DNA from: a virus | Taxonomy: Duplodnaviria; Caudoviricetes | Direction: 5' to 3' (one strand) | DNA length: 64,000 nucleotides | IMG/VR virus record: IMGVR_UViG_3300025167_000006 | Coordinates: 1 to 64,000 of that record | Shown: piece after piece, positions 1 to 11,000 of the stretch | How positions within the stretch are numbered: position 1 is the first letter of the stretch | Layout: the number at the start of each line of letters is the position of its first letter | Translations under genes and position numbers: made by a program | Notes under the pieces: generated by a model | What the model saw: only the letters and a program-made list of their open reading frames with translations | Database searches by the model: none | What the model was told of the DNA's origin: nothing

Positions 1-429
1 ATAACCGGGCAGAACCTGCACATCTCGTACGACCGCGTGCAGACGATCGAGAACCTGCAGAGCTTCATCCAGAGCGACACGGAGCGCGTGGTGTGCTCTA
101 GCCCGCTAGCGCGTCACCTGATACCGCACTTTGTTCGCTTTGACATCTCGTACACGGGCGGCTCGAAGGAGAACATCGTGCTGGCCGATATCGAGAAGTA
201 CGTGAAGGACTTGTTCCCGGTCGACACCCTGGACGCCAGCGACCTGCAGTCCATCATCACAGCGCGCGGAGCGAGCTACGTGAAGAACCCCATCGACCTA
301 TTGGCGGTTGTGCATCGGGTAGACCGGAGCATCTGGATTCAGCGGTCACAAGACCGGCTGAGCACCACGAGGCTCGCGGCCTTTATCCCAGACGCCATCA
401 CGGTGACCAGGAGCACTCGAGCCACATGA
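1..429 (+). CDS. 5'-truncated virion protein, probably the C-terminus of a baseplate wedge (J-like) protein
   Basis: Frame 1 is open from base 1 (ITGQNLHISYDRVQTIENLQSFIQ...) to TGA 427-429. Product inferred from context next to tail/baseplate genes. Confidence 0.5.
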   Translation: MTGQNLHISYDRVQTIENLQSFIQSDTERVVCSSPLARHLIPHFVRFDISYTGGSKENIVLADIEKYVKDLFPVDTLDASDLQSIITARGASYVKNPIDLLAVVHRVDRSIWIQRSQDRLSTTRLAAFIPDAITVTRSTRAT

Positions 430-431
430 GC

Positions 432-788
432 TTACTCGTCACTCGGCACGAGTCGTTTTGGGGGTGGCTCGACGATGATTCCGCTGTAGGGATTGAACGT
501 AATCTCACAGGTGTTGCACACCAGCAGGGGCCTGGGAACGGCCTCTCCTTCAACCCAGGTGACTTCTCTTCCACCGCTTCCAACACCCAGGAACTGCCGG
601 GTGAAGGAGGTCCCCTTGCACAATGGGCAGACCGCTTGTCGAAGGAACGCTTCCTGTACTCGGGCGGCGGGGGAGATCTCGTCCTTGTACCCCTCAAGCG
701 CCTTCCTTACTACCGCTTCTGGAAGCTCCTTGAAGGAGGAGTTTCCACCGGTCAGGAAGTCCGCAAGGGTGACGCCCGCTCTCTTCAT
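432..788 (-). CDS. Small zinc-ribbon protein, antisense to the structural operon
   Basis: CPLC...CNTC cysteine pairs. ATG at 788 (MKRAGVTL) preferred over the ORF-track start at 893, which overlaps a + strand promoter. Confidence 0.6.
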   Translation of the reverse strand: MKRAGVTLADFLTGGNSSFKELPEAVVRKALEGYKDEISPAARVQEAFLRQAVCPLCKGTSFTRQFLGVGSGGREVTWVEGEAVPRPLLVCNTCEITFNPYSGIIVEPPPKRLVPSDE

Positions 789-846
789 TCGAGTAGGGTA
801 GCAGCGCAGGAGGAGAACTTCCAGCGTTCGTGGCCGGCTGCAGCGG

Positions 847-875
847 TTGGTGCTCACAGCGGCGCAGCGTACAAT
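847..875 (+). promoter_or_regulatory. Sigma70-like promoter upstream of the 1191-aa fibre gene
   Basis: TTGGTG(847-852)-N17-TACAAT(870-875). Confidence 0.45.
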
Positions 876-931
876 GGCAGGGGTAACGCACACCAGGCCC
901 GGCTGTCTCCGGGATAGGGCGCGGTGACGTA

Positions 932-3900
932 ATGGCCATCCAGATAAGCATCAACCAGGCTGGTAAACCCGCGGGTACGTCGGGGTTGGCACGAGAAGAC
1001 CTAGACCTCGGTCTCGACGTGCTGCTCGCCTGTGAAGGTGGTGTACTTGTCACGGAGTACCAGTGGACGTTGCTCAATGCTCCACCGGACGAGACCGTTA
1101 CTGCGCCCAGCCTGTCGTCGCTTCTGACCCCGGACGCGATCTCCACAACCATCAACCCCGACAACGGTGGCACGTACCTCATCCGCTTGTGGGTAGACCA
1201 GGGGTTCGGGCTTGGGTTTCGCGTAGAGGACCGGGCGGAGATCACGTTCTACGCTGGTCCAACGCTGGCCACAGATGCTGATGGGTGGCCGCGTCGGGCA
1301 CCAGCGTACGATGAGGTACGTCACCACAACGCTCCGGACGCTGTTGAACCAGGTGGCAACACGCACGGATGGCGCCGGGAGCTGGAACGGTGGCACAGGT
1401 CGCTCGGCCGCGCATGGCGCCTAGCGTCCAGCACCGGTGACGGCCGCGTGAACGCCTTCCCGGGCAGTCCACGCGTCTTGTACAGCGATGGGATCACGGA
1501 GGGCGGCGTTTGGTCTCGTGTGACGTCGGCGCTAGCAGAAGCCGTCATCGACAACTTGGCCATCCCATGGACCAAGCTTAGGGGTGTAGGAACAGAAGTT
1601 CTAGAGCCGTCTGGGTGGCCTACTCCGGGGTCTGACTCGACTACGACCGTTGCGTGGGTGGAGGGGACAAGAACCCTAACGATCACCCCGCTGGTAAATA
1701 CCCCGTACTACGTGGCTGGAGCACGGAGTCTGCTCACGGTTGCGCTGTCCGTGGTGTGGCCCGACGCAGCGGGAGAGCACTTCTTCTACATCAATGCGCT
1801 AGGTGCGCTCGTCACCACGCAGAACATCGACACCTGGATATCGGTTCTTGCTGGTGCTGGGTGCCCGGTAGCTGCGCTCTACTGGCATGACGTGCAGAAC
1901 ACGGTGATCGTGTCGAGCGACGAGCGTCATGGTCTCATGGAGGGGGTGACGCACCGTTGGGCGCATCGTGGCATCGGAGCACTTTGGGTGGGCGGAGGCG
2001 GTCTCAGCGGGTTCACGTTTGGTGACGGAAGCCTTGCTGCGCACTCTCAGTTCAATGCAGAAAATGCCACGTATCAGGATGAAGACATCTTCTACGGTCT
2101 GACTTCAGGTAGTCCGCAGACCCAGCAGATGTCTCCACTGATCTCCCGGGTGTTTGCCCTAGTGGGAACCCTGTGGGTGACGAAGACCACGCCGGATGTG
2201 TACGCCTTCATGCAGTCTGGGGCTAACTACACCGGCGGAACGTACACTGGCGCCGCGGGGGGACGAGTAGCCTACAACCAGATTGTTGCTGGCGTCGGCT
2301 CTCTGCTGGAGGCTGCTGAGGGAGATTTCGTTCTCTGCCACCATGGCCTCACCACGGAGATCTCGGGCAGTACTACCGGTACCAACTGGAAGGTGGTCTC
2401 TTTCGTTGGTCAGAACGCCTACGCGAACCTTACAGCAGCCAGAGCTGGTGCGCTCACCGAGCTTAACCAGATGTACCTGTCTGGTTTGCCAGTGCAGGAG
2501 ATCGTTTGGTTGGGGACGTCGATCATCCAAACGAACAGCACGTACGCCTCCCCCACCAAGTCCAGGGCTCGTCAGGCAACTGATGCTGCTGGGAACTTGG
2601 TGGACTACATCGACTGGCGCACCAACCGATTTGGTACGGGCGGTATTGGTGCTGGTGGCGTGGCGGACCATGGGCTTCTCACCGGACTTTCGGACGATGA
2701 CCACAGCATTTACGTGCTCGCCGATGGCACGCGAGCTGTAGACCACCTGTCCGTAACGAACTACGCAGCGTTCGGGGCGACTCCTTCAACCACCGGAACC
2801 ATTCGTCTCGAGAGAGTCTCGACGATCAACTTCAGGAATCAGCTGAACACGCTGGACCTGACGGCGCTAAGCTTCACTTCAGTCAATGCTGTTCAGATAG
2901 GTGGTGCTGCTGGGATCGCTGGGGCATCTATATACGCTGCAGGAACCCCGCTGCTTACACTGGGGTCTACTGGTGTTTCTGCCACCGTCACGATATCGCC
3001 AGCAACGACGGCGTTCAACCATGGGGCTGGGGGTGACGTCATCATTGGTGACGGGTACGTCTCTGTTGGCCCGAACCCAGCTACCGCCGGAGCTGTTCGA
3101 CTCCCCAATCTTGGTAGCGTCAGTACGCGCAATGGAACCAACGCAGCAGACCTTGCAATCGCCTACGCCGACGTAAACAACAACATATACCTGAGCGCCC
3201 CCCAGGCGAACAACACGTACTTGTACTCTGGGGCCAGCTACTCGATAGAGCTTCGTTGCGGCATCGTCGGCGCTGGACAGTTCATCGTCAATGCCACCAC
3301 GGCCACGTTCAACTTCGGTGCGAATGATGTAGTCGTTGGGGACGCTTACCTGTCTGTGGGTGCTAACGCTTCAACAAGCGGCTACATCCGCTTGCCAGTC
3401 AACGCTTACGTGGCTGGAAGAAACGCGGCTAACGGCGCAGACATCAACATCGCCGGGATAAACGGGTCCAACGTCATTGTCATCGGTGGCGCCAACGGGG
3501 CAGGCGTGACTTTGATGGAGGGTGCAAACGCCCGCGTTAGCGTGGTGGCAGCAACTACGACGTTCGATCACGGCGCCGGTAACAATGTCCTGATCGGAGA
3601 TGGGTTCATCGCGATCGGTGGAGCGCTAGCGAACGGAGCGATTCGTCTCGCTAACAACCTCGGCATTTGGTCGGAGACGACCGGCGCCTCGGACACGCCT
3701 CTGATCTCTCTTGACGCCAGCAACAACCTTCAGCTTGGCTACTACACAGGTAACGTCGGCGCGCTCGTTGTAGCGACAACCAGTATCATCCTTCAGATCG
3801 GGGTCAACCAGCGCTTCGTTGTCAACGACACTACCGCTACGTTCAACTTCGGTACGAACGACGTGATCGTGGGGGACGACTACATTCAGATAGGAGCCAC

Positions 3901-4507
3901 GCCGGCCACGGCGGGGTCTCTTCGCCTGCCGAACAACAAGTTCATCGAGGCTATGAACCAGGCGGGCACGCAGAACATTGTGTTGCTCTACGCGAGCACG
4001 GCTGACGCCGTTAACATCGGAGGTACATACGCCACTAGCGTGAACCTCAACGTTGGGGGCAACTTCCGTCTGCAGGTCGGCTCTACGGTCACCACGTTTG
4101 ACTACGGTTCTGCCGACGTTGTTATTGGTGATGGGTACGTTCAGGTGGGAGCAAACCCGGCTACTGCCGGAGCGCTCCGGCTAGCCAACAACACCGCTAT
4201 CTACGAGCGTAATGCCGCGAACGGTCAGGACATCTCGCTTCTGTCTGCCGACGGTGCTGACGGCGTCCACGTTGGCGACACCAGCTACTCAGCTATCCTT
4301 TGGCTGGGTGCGGTGACGAGCATGAATAGGCGGCTCGGCATCGTCAATGTCAGCGTGCTCACCGCCGCATCAGAGGTGTTCACGTTCACCGCAGGCGACA
4401 GCGCGTACCCAGCGGCTGGTGTGTTCAACTTGTTCCAACAGCTCACTGGGCTTAGCGTGGCATCGCAGAACGTGAAGTCCTCGATCTCCCCAAGGTGGAT
4501 AGCATGA
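932..4507 (+). CDS. Long tail-fibre/virion appendage protein
   Basis: 1191 aa; N-terminal Ig/PKD-like segment (YQWTLL...GGTYLIRLWVD); DHGLLTGLSDDDH motif seen in phage fibres; six internal beta-rich repeats. Confidence 0.75.
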   Translation: MAIQISINQAGKPAGTSGLAREDLDLGLDVLLACEGGVLVTEYQWTLLNAPPDETVTAPSLSSLLTPDAISTTINPDNGGTYLIRLWVDQGFGLGFRVEDRAEITFYAGPTLATDADGWPRRAPAYDEVRHHNAPDAVEPGGNTHGWRRELERWHRSLGRAWRLASSTGDGRVNAFPGSPRVLYSDGITEGGVWSRVTSALAEAVIDNLAIPWTKLRGVGTEVLEPSGWPTPGSDSTTTVAWVEGTRTLTITPLVNTPYYVAGARSLLTVALSVVWPDAAGEHFFYINALGALVTTQNIDTWISVLAGAGCPVAALYWHDVQNTVIVSSDERHGLMEGVTHRWAHRGIGALWVGGGGLSGFTFGDGSLAAHSQFNAENATYQDEDIFYGLTSGSPQTQQMSPLISRVFALVGTLWVTKTTPDVYAFMQSGANYTGGTYTGAAGGRVAYNQIVAGVGSLLEAAEGDFVLCHHGLTTEISGSTTGTNWKVVSFVGQNAYANLTAARAGALTELNQMYLSGLPVQEIVWLGTSIIQTNSTYASPTKSRARQATDAAGNLVDYIDWRTNRFGTGGIGAGGVADHGLLTGLSDDDHSIYVLADGTRAVDHLSVTNYAAFGATPSTTGTIRLERVSTINFRNQLNTLDLTALSFTSVNAVQIGGAAGIAGASIYAAGTPLLTLGSTGVSATVTISPATTAFNHGAGGDVIIGDGYVSVGPNPATAGAVRLPNLGSVSTRNGTNAADLAIAYADVNNNIYLSAPQANNTYLYSGASYSIELRCGIVGAGQFIVNATTATFNFGANDVVVGDAYLSVGANASTSGYIRLPVNAYVAGRNAANGADINIAGINGSNVIVIGGANGAGVTLMEGANARVSVVAATTTFDHGAGNNVLIGDGFIAIGGALANGAIRLANNLGIWSETTGASDTPLISLDASNNLQLGYYTGNVGALVVATTSIILQIGVNQRFVVNDTTATFNFGTNDVIVGDDYIQIGATPATAGSLRLPNNKFIEAMNQAGTQNIVLLYASTADAVNIGGTYATSVNLNVGGNFRLQVGSTVTTFDYGSADVVIGDGYVQVGANPATAGALRLANNTAIYERNAANGQDISLLSADGADGVHVGDTSYSAILWLGAVTSMNRRLGIVNVSVLTAASEVFTFTAGDSAYPAAGVFNLFQQLTGLSVASQNVKSSISPRWIA
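2760..4330 (+). repeat. Six degenerate ~85-97 aa intragenic protein repeats
   Basis: Consensus approximately GD(G/A/D)Y(V/I/L)xVGAxPATAGxxRL(P/A)N...RNxxN; GD cores at about 3047, 3338, 3596, 3872 and 4127, plus a partial first copy near 2760. Confidence 0.8.
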
Positions 4508-4890
4508 CCGTCAACAAGTATGAGTTCTTCTTGCAGCGTACCGTAGCGGGCCTCACCACCGAGAACATCTCTCTGGATAAGCAGCCGTTCGGGGATACGG
4601 TGCCGCAGTACTCTGCGTTGTACTGCGAGCTCACCGTTTGTATCTCTGGAAGCACCAACTCCAAGATGGCGATGGAGAAGTGGATACTCTGCTGGAGGTA
4701 TTCGGCGGCCAACACACTGTCCACAGACTCCGCAGACCAGCTGGAGGTTAGGCTGGGGACTGTTGGGATCAACGGGCCTAGCGCCGTAACCGCGGAGGTC
4801 GTCGCTGGGAATGCAATCATCGATGTGACGACGAAGCAGTACACCGGGGACAAAATGGTGTGCCGAGGCGTTGTATGGGTGGGGAACTAG
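4504..4890 (+). CDS. Hypothetical protein, possibly a fibre-tip domain or fibre chaperone
   Basis: ATGA overlap with the stop of the fibre gene; beta-rich, 128 aa. Confidence 0.6.
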   Translation: MTVNKYEFFLQRTVAGLTTENISLDKQPFGDTVPQYSALYCELTVCISGSTNSKMAMEKWILCWRYSAANTLSTDSADQLEVRLGTVGINGPSAVTAEVVAGNAIIDVTTKQYTGDKMVCRGVVWVGN

Positions 4891-5688
4891 ATGCCGTTTC
4901 GAGTTTGGTGCATCGCTGGGCTGGACTCTCCGGCATGGGCTCAGAACGTGAGGGAGAACTTCTCACGGGCCACTGACGGAGTTCACGCGCACCTGGTGGT
5001 TGTAGAGAACGGGGATGGGGTTGGTGCGTGGGGAACCCCCGGTAAGTATTCTCCATGCACTGTTGTACGGTCTGAGACTGGGTGCGCGAACTACATTAAC
5101 GCTGGGCTGAAGCTGGTACGTGAGCTTGCGGAGCCAGGGGACTGGTTTGCCAAGTTCGACGCCGACGACTACTACGGCCGGGGATGGTTTCATCAGCACA
5201 AGGGCTTGGCCGAGTCAGGCGTCAGGGCTGCAGCGGCGTCTTCGGTGTTTGTGCGCATGGCGAACTGGAAGACCTTCTTCGTCGACTTCGAGGTGACGTT
5301 GGGGGACATCTTGAGCAACTCCAAAGTGCTGCACGGGCCTACACTTGCAGCTGAGGTATCGGTATCCCTCGACTTCCCGACGCCAAAGGAGGCGTGGGGA
5401 GAGGATGCGGACTGGGTGGATGCCATGCGAGCTTCTGGGGTGCAGTTCCACGCCCTGTCCGAGCACGGGTTCACGTATTGCCGTCACCGGGATAGAAACC
5501 ATGCGTTTCCAGTGCCTGATGAGTTTTTGCTGGGTGTCTACCCGAACGCCAAGGTGTACGATGTCGGCTTGTGGGACCGCGCTGTAGTAGACGGTCTGGT
5601 ACCCCTGAAGAAGCTTGTGGAGGTGCCGTTCAACCCCGCTGACATGGTGATGGCGGGGGAGGCGCTCATGGCAGCAGCAAGTGGGTAG
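4891..5688 (+). CDS. GT-A fold (GT2-like) glycosyltransferase
   Basis: LVVVENG, INAGL, WFAKFDADDYY (DxD) and WGEDADW motifs. Confidence 0.75.
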   Translation: MPFRVWCIAGLDSPAWAQNVRENFSRATDGVHAHLVVVENGDGVGAWGTPGKYSPCTVVRSETGCANYINAGLKLVRELAEPGDWFAKFDADDYYGRGWFHQHKGLAESGVRAAAASSVFVRMANWKTFFVDFEVTLGDILSNSKVLHGPTLAAEVSVSLDFPTPKEAWGEDADWVDAMRASGVQFHALSEHGFTYCRHRDRNHAFPVPDEFLLGVYPNAKVYDVGLWDRAVVDGLVPLKKLVEVPFNPADMVMAGEALMAAASG

Positions 5689-5747
5689 ATTTCGTGGAGG
5701 GCAGGTGCATCCCGCAAATGTCGGAAGTCTGTAGACTGGACGCCGAC

Positions 5748-5868
5748 ATGGTAGTTAACCCGGTGGTTGATGCCGTCGTGTCTTCAGTCGTGTCTCTCGT
5801 AGGGAGCAGCTACCCGTACTCTCAGACCTCGGACAATGAGGATACGAGAGTATTTGGAGATGAGTTCG

Positions 5869-5885
<17 letters not shown>
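5748..5885 (+). CDS. Small acidic protein (45 aa)
   Basis: ATG 5748 lies 10 nt after TAGACT; ends [12 protein letters not shown]; overlaps the collagen gene start. Confidence 0.4.
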
Positions 5886-7047
<1,162 letters not shown>

Positions 7048-7075
7048 TCGGGGGGGTGTTTTACGGAGGGTAGTC

Positions 7076-7537
7076 ATGACGTTGTACAACCGAAGCCGGC
7101 TGCATGAAGATACGCACCAAGCCCCGGCTGTTTTACCAGCAGATGGCGCGTACAACGACCCGGACTGGATCAACTTCAGACTTGGCTCTTCGCGGGTGAC
7201 GTTCAAGATCGCGTACACCAAGGCGGCCGCAGCCAGCGGTGGCTCGCTGCGCTGCAAGCTGATCTGGAAGTTCATTGGGTCCGACGATGAGGCGGTGCAA
7301 TCCTTCGTTGATCAGGTGGCGCAGACCGTTGTAGAACCAGTGACGGCTATGCGCTTTCGCGAAGCTGAGTTTGACGGCCCCGTGTACCACGATGGCGTAC
7401 GTCACGTCACCGTGCTTACCTTTCACGTACCGGATGGCGCTGTAGCTGTTCGACTTTTGCTCGCGGAGCGGACGACCGTAGATTCCCCGGGAACGTCGGA
7501 TGTAGTTGCCTATGTACAGTACGGTGGTATGTGCTAG
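7076..7537 (+). CDS. Hypothetical beta-rich virion protein
   Basis: GGAGGG RBS before ATG 7076; 153 aa. Confidence 0.6.
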   Translation: MTLYNRSRLHEDTHQAPAVLPADGAYNDPDWINFRLGSSRVTFKIAYTKAAAASGGSLRCKLIWKFIGSDDEAVQSFVDQVAQTVVEPVTAMRFREAEFDGPVYHDGVRHVTVLTFHVPDGAVAVRLLLAERTTVDSPGTSDVVAYVQYGGMC

Positions 7538-7574
7538 ATGTTTCTTGGTTGCAGCTCTACAGTGAGGGAAACAC

Positions 7575-7961
7575 ATGGCGAAGATCACGGTTCTAGGCCC
7601 GGCCCCGTTCACCAACCTCAAGGGGGAGCCGGTGCTGTCCGGTGGCGTAGCGGTGAAAGTCCTGATGACGGACTTCTTGTACGCGCTCGTCGAGCAGCCC
7701 GCGTTCATGGGGGACCTGCGTGGCGCCCGTGCGATGGAGCTCGTGGTGCGCGGCGCGGCTTGGGTGCGCACTCTTCCGGCACCCGTAGACCCCGAACTCG
7801 GAGTGGAGGTGGACGTCGACGATGACGTGCTGGCTGGCCTCAAGCGCGGCTTGGATACCTTTCAGCCAAGTTCCTCCATGATCGCGCCCATACTGGTAAA
7901 GTTCGCTGCTTGCGTGACGGCAGAGCAGAAACCTGCGCCGGATGCGTCGGCTGCCGCGTGA
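7575..7961 (+). CDS. Hypothetical protein
   Basis: 128-aa ORF with GAGGGAA RBS and GC3-rich codons. Confidence 0.65.
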   Translation: MAKITVLGPAPFTNLKGEPVLSGGVAVKVLMTDFLYALVEQPAFMGDLRGARAMELVVRGAAWVRTLPAPVDPELGVEVDVDDDVLAGLKRGLDTFQPSSSMIAPILVKFAACVTAEQKPAPDASAAA

Positions 7962-8014
7962 GGTGGGAGAAAACGGCCTCCGTAGTACGATCTAAACGCA
8001 CCCGAGGTTGAACT

Positions 8015-11000
8015 ATGGCAGGCGGATTCGGCAACGGCCCCTGGGGTAATACTCCGTGGGGCGGCGGCTTCATCGAGGAGGAGACGCCGGAGCACCTGCC
8101 TACCACCCCTACGTGGAACATCTTCGACCTTGGCGGCGTCAGCCTCAGTGACATCAATAGACTGTCGGACTTCGTTGAAGTCTCGATCATTGGCGCTTCT
8201 GGTTCTCACTTCCTTAGTTCCTGGAACATCGCCTCTGGCGGCGTATACCCGACGGACATCGCCTACGTGCTGTTCGACGTGGCCGTCCCTGAGACGTTCA
8301 CAATCGAGTACCGCGTAAAGTTCAACAGCCTGCCGGAGGACTTTGCTGACCCCGAGCTCCGGCACGTGTACCTCGGGGCGTGGAGCTCTCAAGACTTCGC
8401 CTCCGGCTTCCTATTCTCCAAATCGGGCGTCGCTTATACAGGTGAGGTCGCCATCTCTTTTGGAGGTGGGATCACCTACGCGCAGAGCATCGACGTTATC
8501 CCAGGGAGCGCCGACTGGTTCCCAGAAATCTTCGGGGAAGGGGAAGAGGTAGTAGTCAAGGTCGTCGTTGATTCGTCGATCCCAGCCCTCTACTTCTTCC
8601 TAACGAAGGCGTCTGAGCTCGTTGGGGACAACCACGTACTTCGGGCCATCCTAGACCCAAAGGTCACCGTACCGGGAACCGCGGTGGACACCGTTGTGGT
8701 GTCCGTACGCGGCACGTTGGCGGATGAGTCGTGGCTGGAGCTCATCAACAACTACAGGATGAGCTCTCAGGCGTACATCCTGAATCTGCCGCCAATCGCC
8801 GTTGCTGGGGACGACCAAGCCGTCCGCATGTGCTCCATCGTTCAACTAGATGGGACTAGCAGCTACGACCCAGAGGGAGCCGAGCTGACGTACGAGTGGC
8901 GCTTGATCGACGCGCCCTTGAGCAGTTTGTTCATCTTCTCCGGCGGGGATGGAAGGACAGAGCCGGAGGTTGTGCCTTCTGGGTTCTCCAAGGTCTTCTA
9001 CTCGAACTCTTTAGGTGAAGAGCACGTACAAGAGCCTGTTCTGGTTAACGATGTATTGGTGGTTGCTGGCGTTGGGCACACCATCAAGGCAGTAAACAAC
9101 GTCAGCCCGTTCAATGTTGAGGTAGAGTACACGCAGCTACCGGACAACCTGGTGAACACCAAGTTCAAGGTGTTGCGCAACGCCGCCTTGAAGGACGCCG
9201 ACGAGGCGAAGCCAACGTTCTACCCAGACGTCGTTGGGTTCTGGACGTTCGATCTACGCGTGTACGACGGCTCGCTCTGGAGCTCCCCGTTGGGGCTTGA
9301 GCGGAGTAGGGTGCTAGTCGACGTCCGGGAATCCCCGTTGCCACGTGGGTGCCCGGTAGACACCAGCTTCGTGTTCGACAGCCTGCTCGACTTCTGGAAG
9401 CTCGTGGAGGACCGAGATCGCATCTCTACACTGTGGGATGCAGTAGCTCAGGTCACGTCCACGGAGCTTCTTACGCTGTGGCAGTCGGAGTACTCGAAGA
9501 GCCTGCGGGACATTCAGCGGCAAGCGCTGCGCCGCTGGCTTCACTACGACTTGATGATCCCCGAGCCCGTCCCGGAGATGACGGAGATCAAGTTCTTGTG
9601 GGGAGGCGCGCTTTCTAAGCGCTTCGTCTCCACCGTGGTGTCGGGAACATCGGTGACCGTGATGGCTCCGATGTTGAGCGACCCGGTGGAGATCTCCTTA
9701 AGCAGCCCAGGGTCCATAGAAGCGGCGCAGGTAGCTCGAGAGCTTCAGACCCGACTGAAGGAGCAGGTTAGCTCAGCTTTCACTGTAAAGGCCATCACCA
9801 GCGACGTCCTGTGGGGAGGAGACCACGGGAGGATCATCGCTACCGGGAATCCCCTGACGGATGTTGTGTTCACCACCGACCCAACGGTGAACTTGTTCAG
9901 CATAGGGGTGACCGCCGGGGACAAGATCATCATCATGTCCGGGCCGGCCGTGGGCACGTACACGGTCACCGGCTTTCAGGGGGTGACGCAGGCAACCGTT
10001 GACATCCCGTTCGTAGGCGGCGCGCAGTCCGGCGTCATCTTCAAGATCGAGCGTACCGGTGTCACGTTCCAGCAGGTGCGGATCGATGCCCCCTTCTACT
10101 TCACGCTGACCAGTGACTCGACGTCTCCCCTGTTCACTTACCCGAGCGTGAACAATGTCCCCACGGGACTTAGCGGCCTGCGCATCAGTGACCGCGTGTT
10201 CAAGGTAGACCGGCCGCTGACGGACCTTGGGATTGTTGAGGACGACCTCATCGTCATTGGGGACGTGGCTTACCGCGTGGTGTCCATCCTCAGCGTCGAC
10301 CAGGACGAGTTCGAGGACCAGCGCGTCGTTGTGAAGGAGACGCTCCCGGCACTGGCTGGCTACCAGGAGTGGATTCTCCCTGGGTGGGTGTCGTCGGAGT
10401 TCCTCAACTTCTACAACGGTCTGTTCTTCCGCGGCGACATCGTGGAGTTCGAAGCTGCTGAGGAGACTGAGGATAAGCTGCAGACCTTCCAGGTGCGCGG
10501 GTTGGTCACCACAACCGCCTTTGCCGCGAACGAATCCAGCATCGGTAGGTTGGCGATTGATACGGCGTCCTTGTACCGGGACATGCCTGTGGATGGCGTG
10601 CTTCGCCTGGCGCGGTTGGTCCGTCGTCGGTATCTTCCTGTAGATGACCTTGTTGTAGACGTGCCGACCCTGCAGGAGCTCATCGTTGTTGAGGACGACG
10701 AGCGGACCTTGCGGCGCAACGTCGACTACTTCATCGAGCGCTTCCGGGGGTACAACGCGCTCCGGTTCCAGAGTGGAGCTTCTCAGGATGACGGTGATGT
10801 TTGGGAGGGAGCTCGTCCACCGGACCGCTTGTGGGCTGAGTACACCTACATAAACAACGAGCCGATCATTGAGGCCAACTTTGGGATCCCCATCGGCGTA
10901 GAGCGTGATCAGGTTCCAAGTACCGTCGACTACCTGTCTGCCGTACGCGGCCTCTGGTACGCGTTGCACAACGGGCCCACGGTAAGGAATGTACGCATCG

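Noticed and set aside
4888-4893. In-frame TAG-ATG junction suggesting stop-codon reassignment or readthrough
   Set aside because: Conserved enzymes across the window are intact in code 11 and end at TAG, TGA or TAA; the two ORFs look functionally unrelated.
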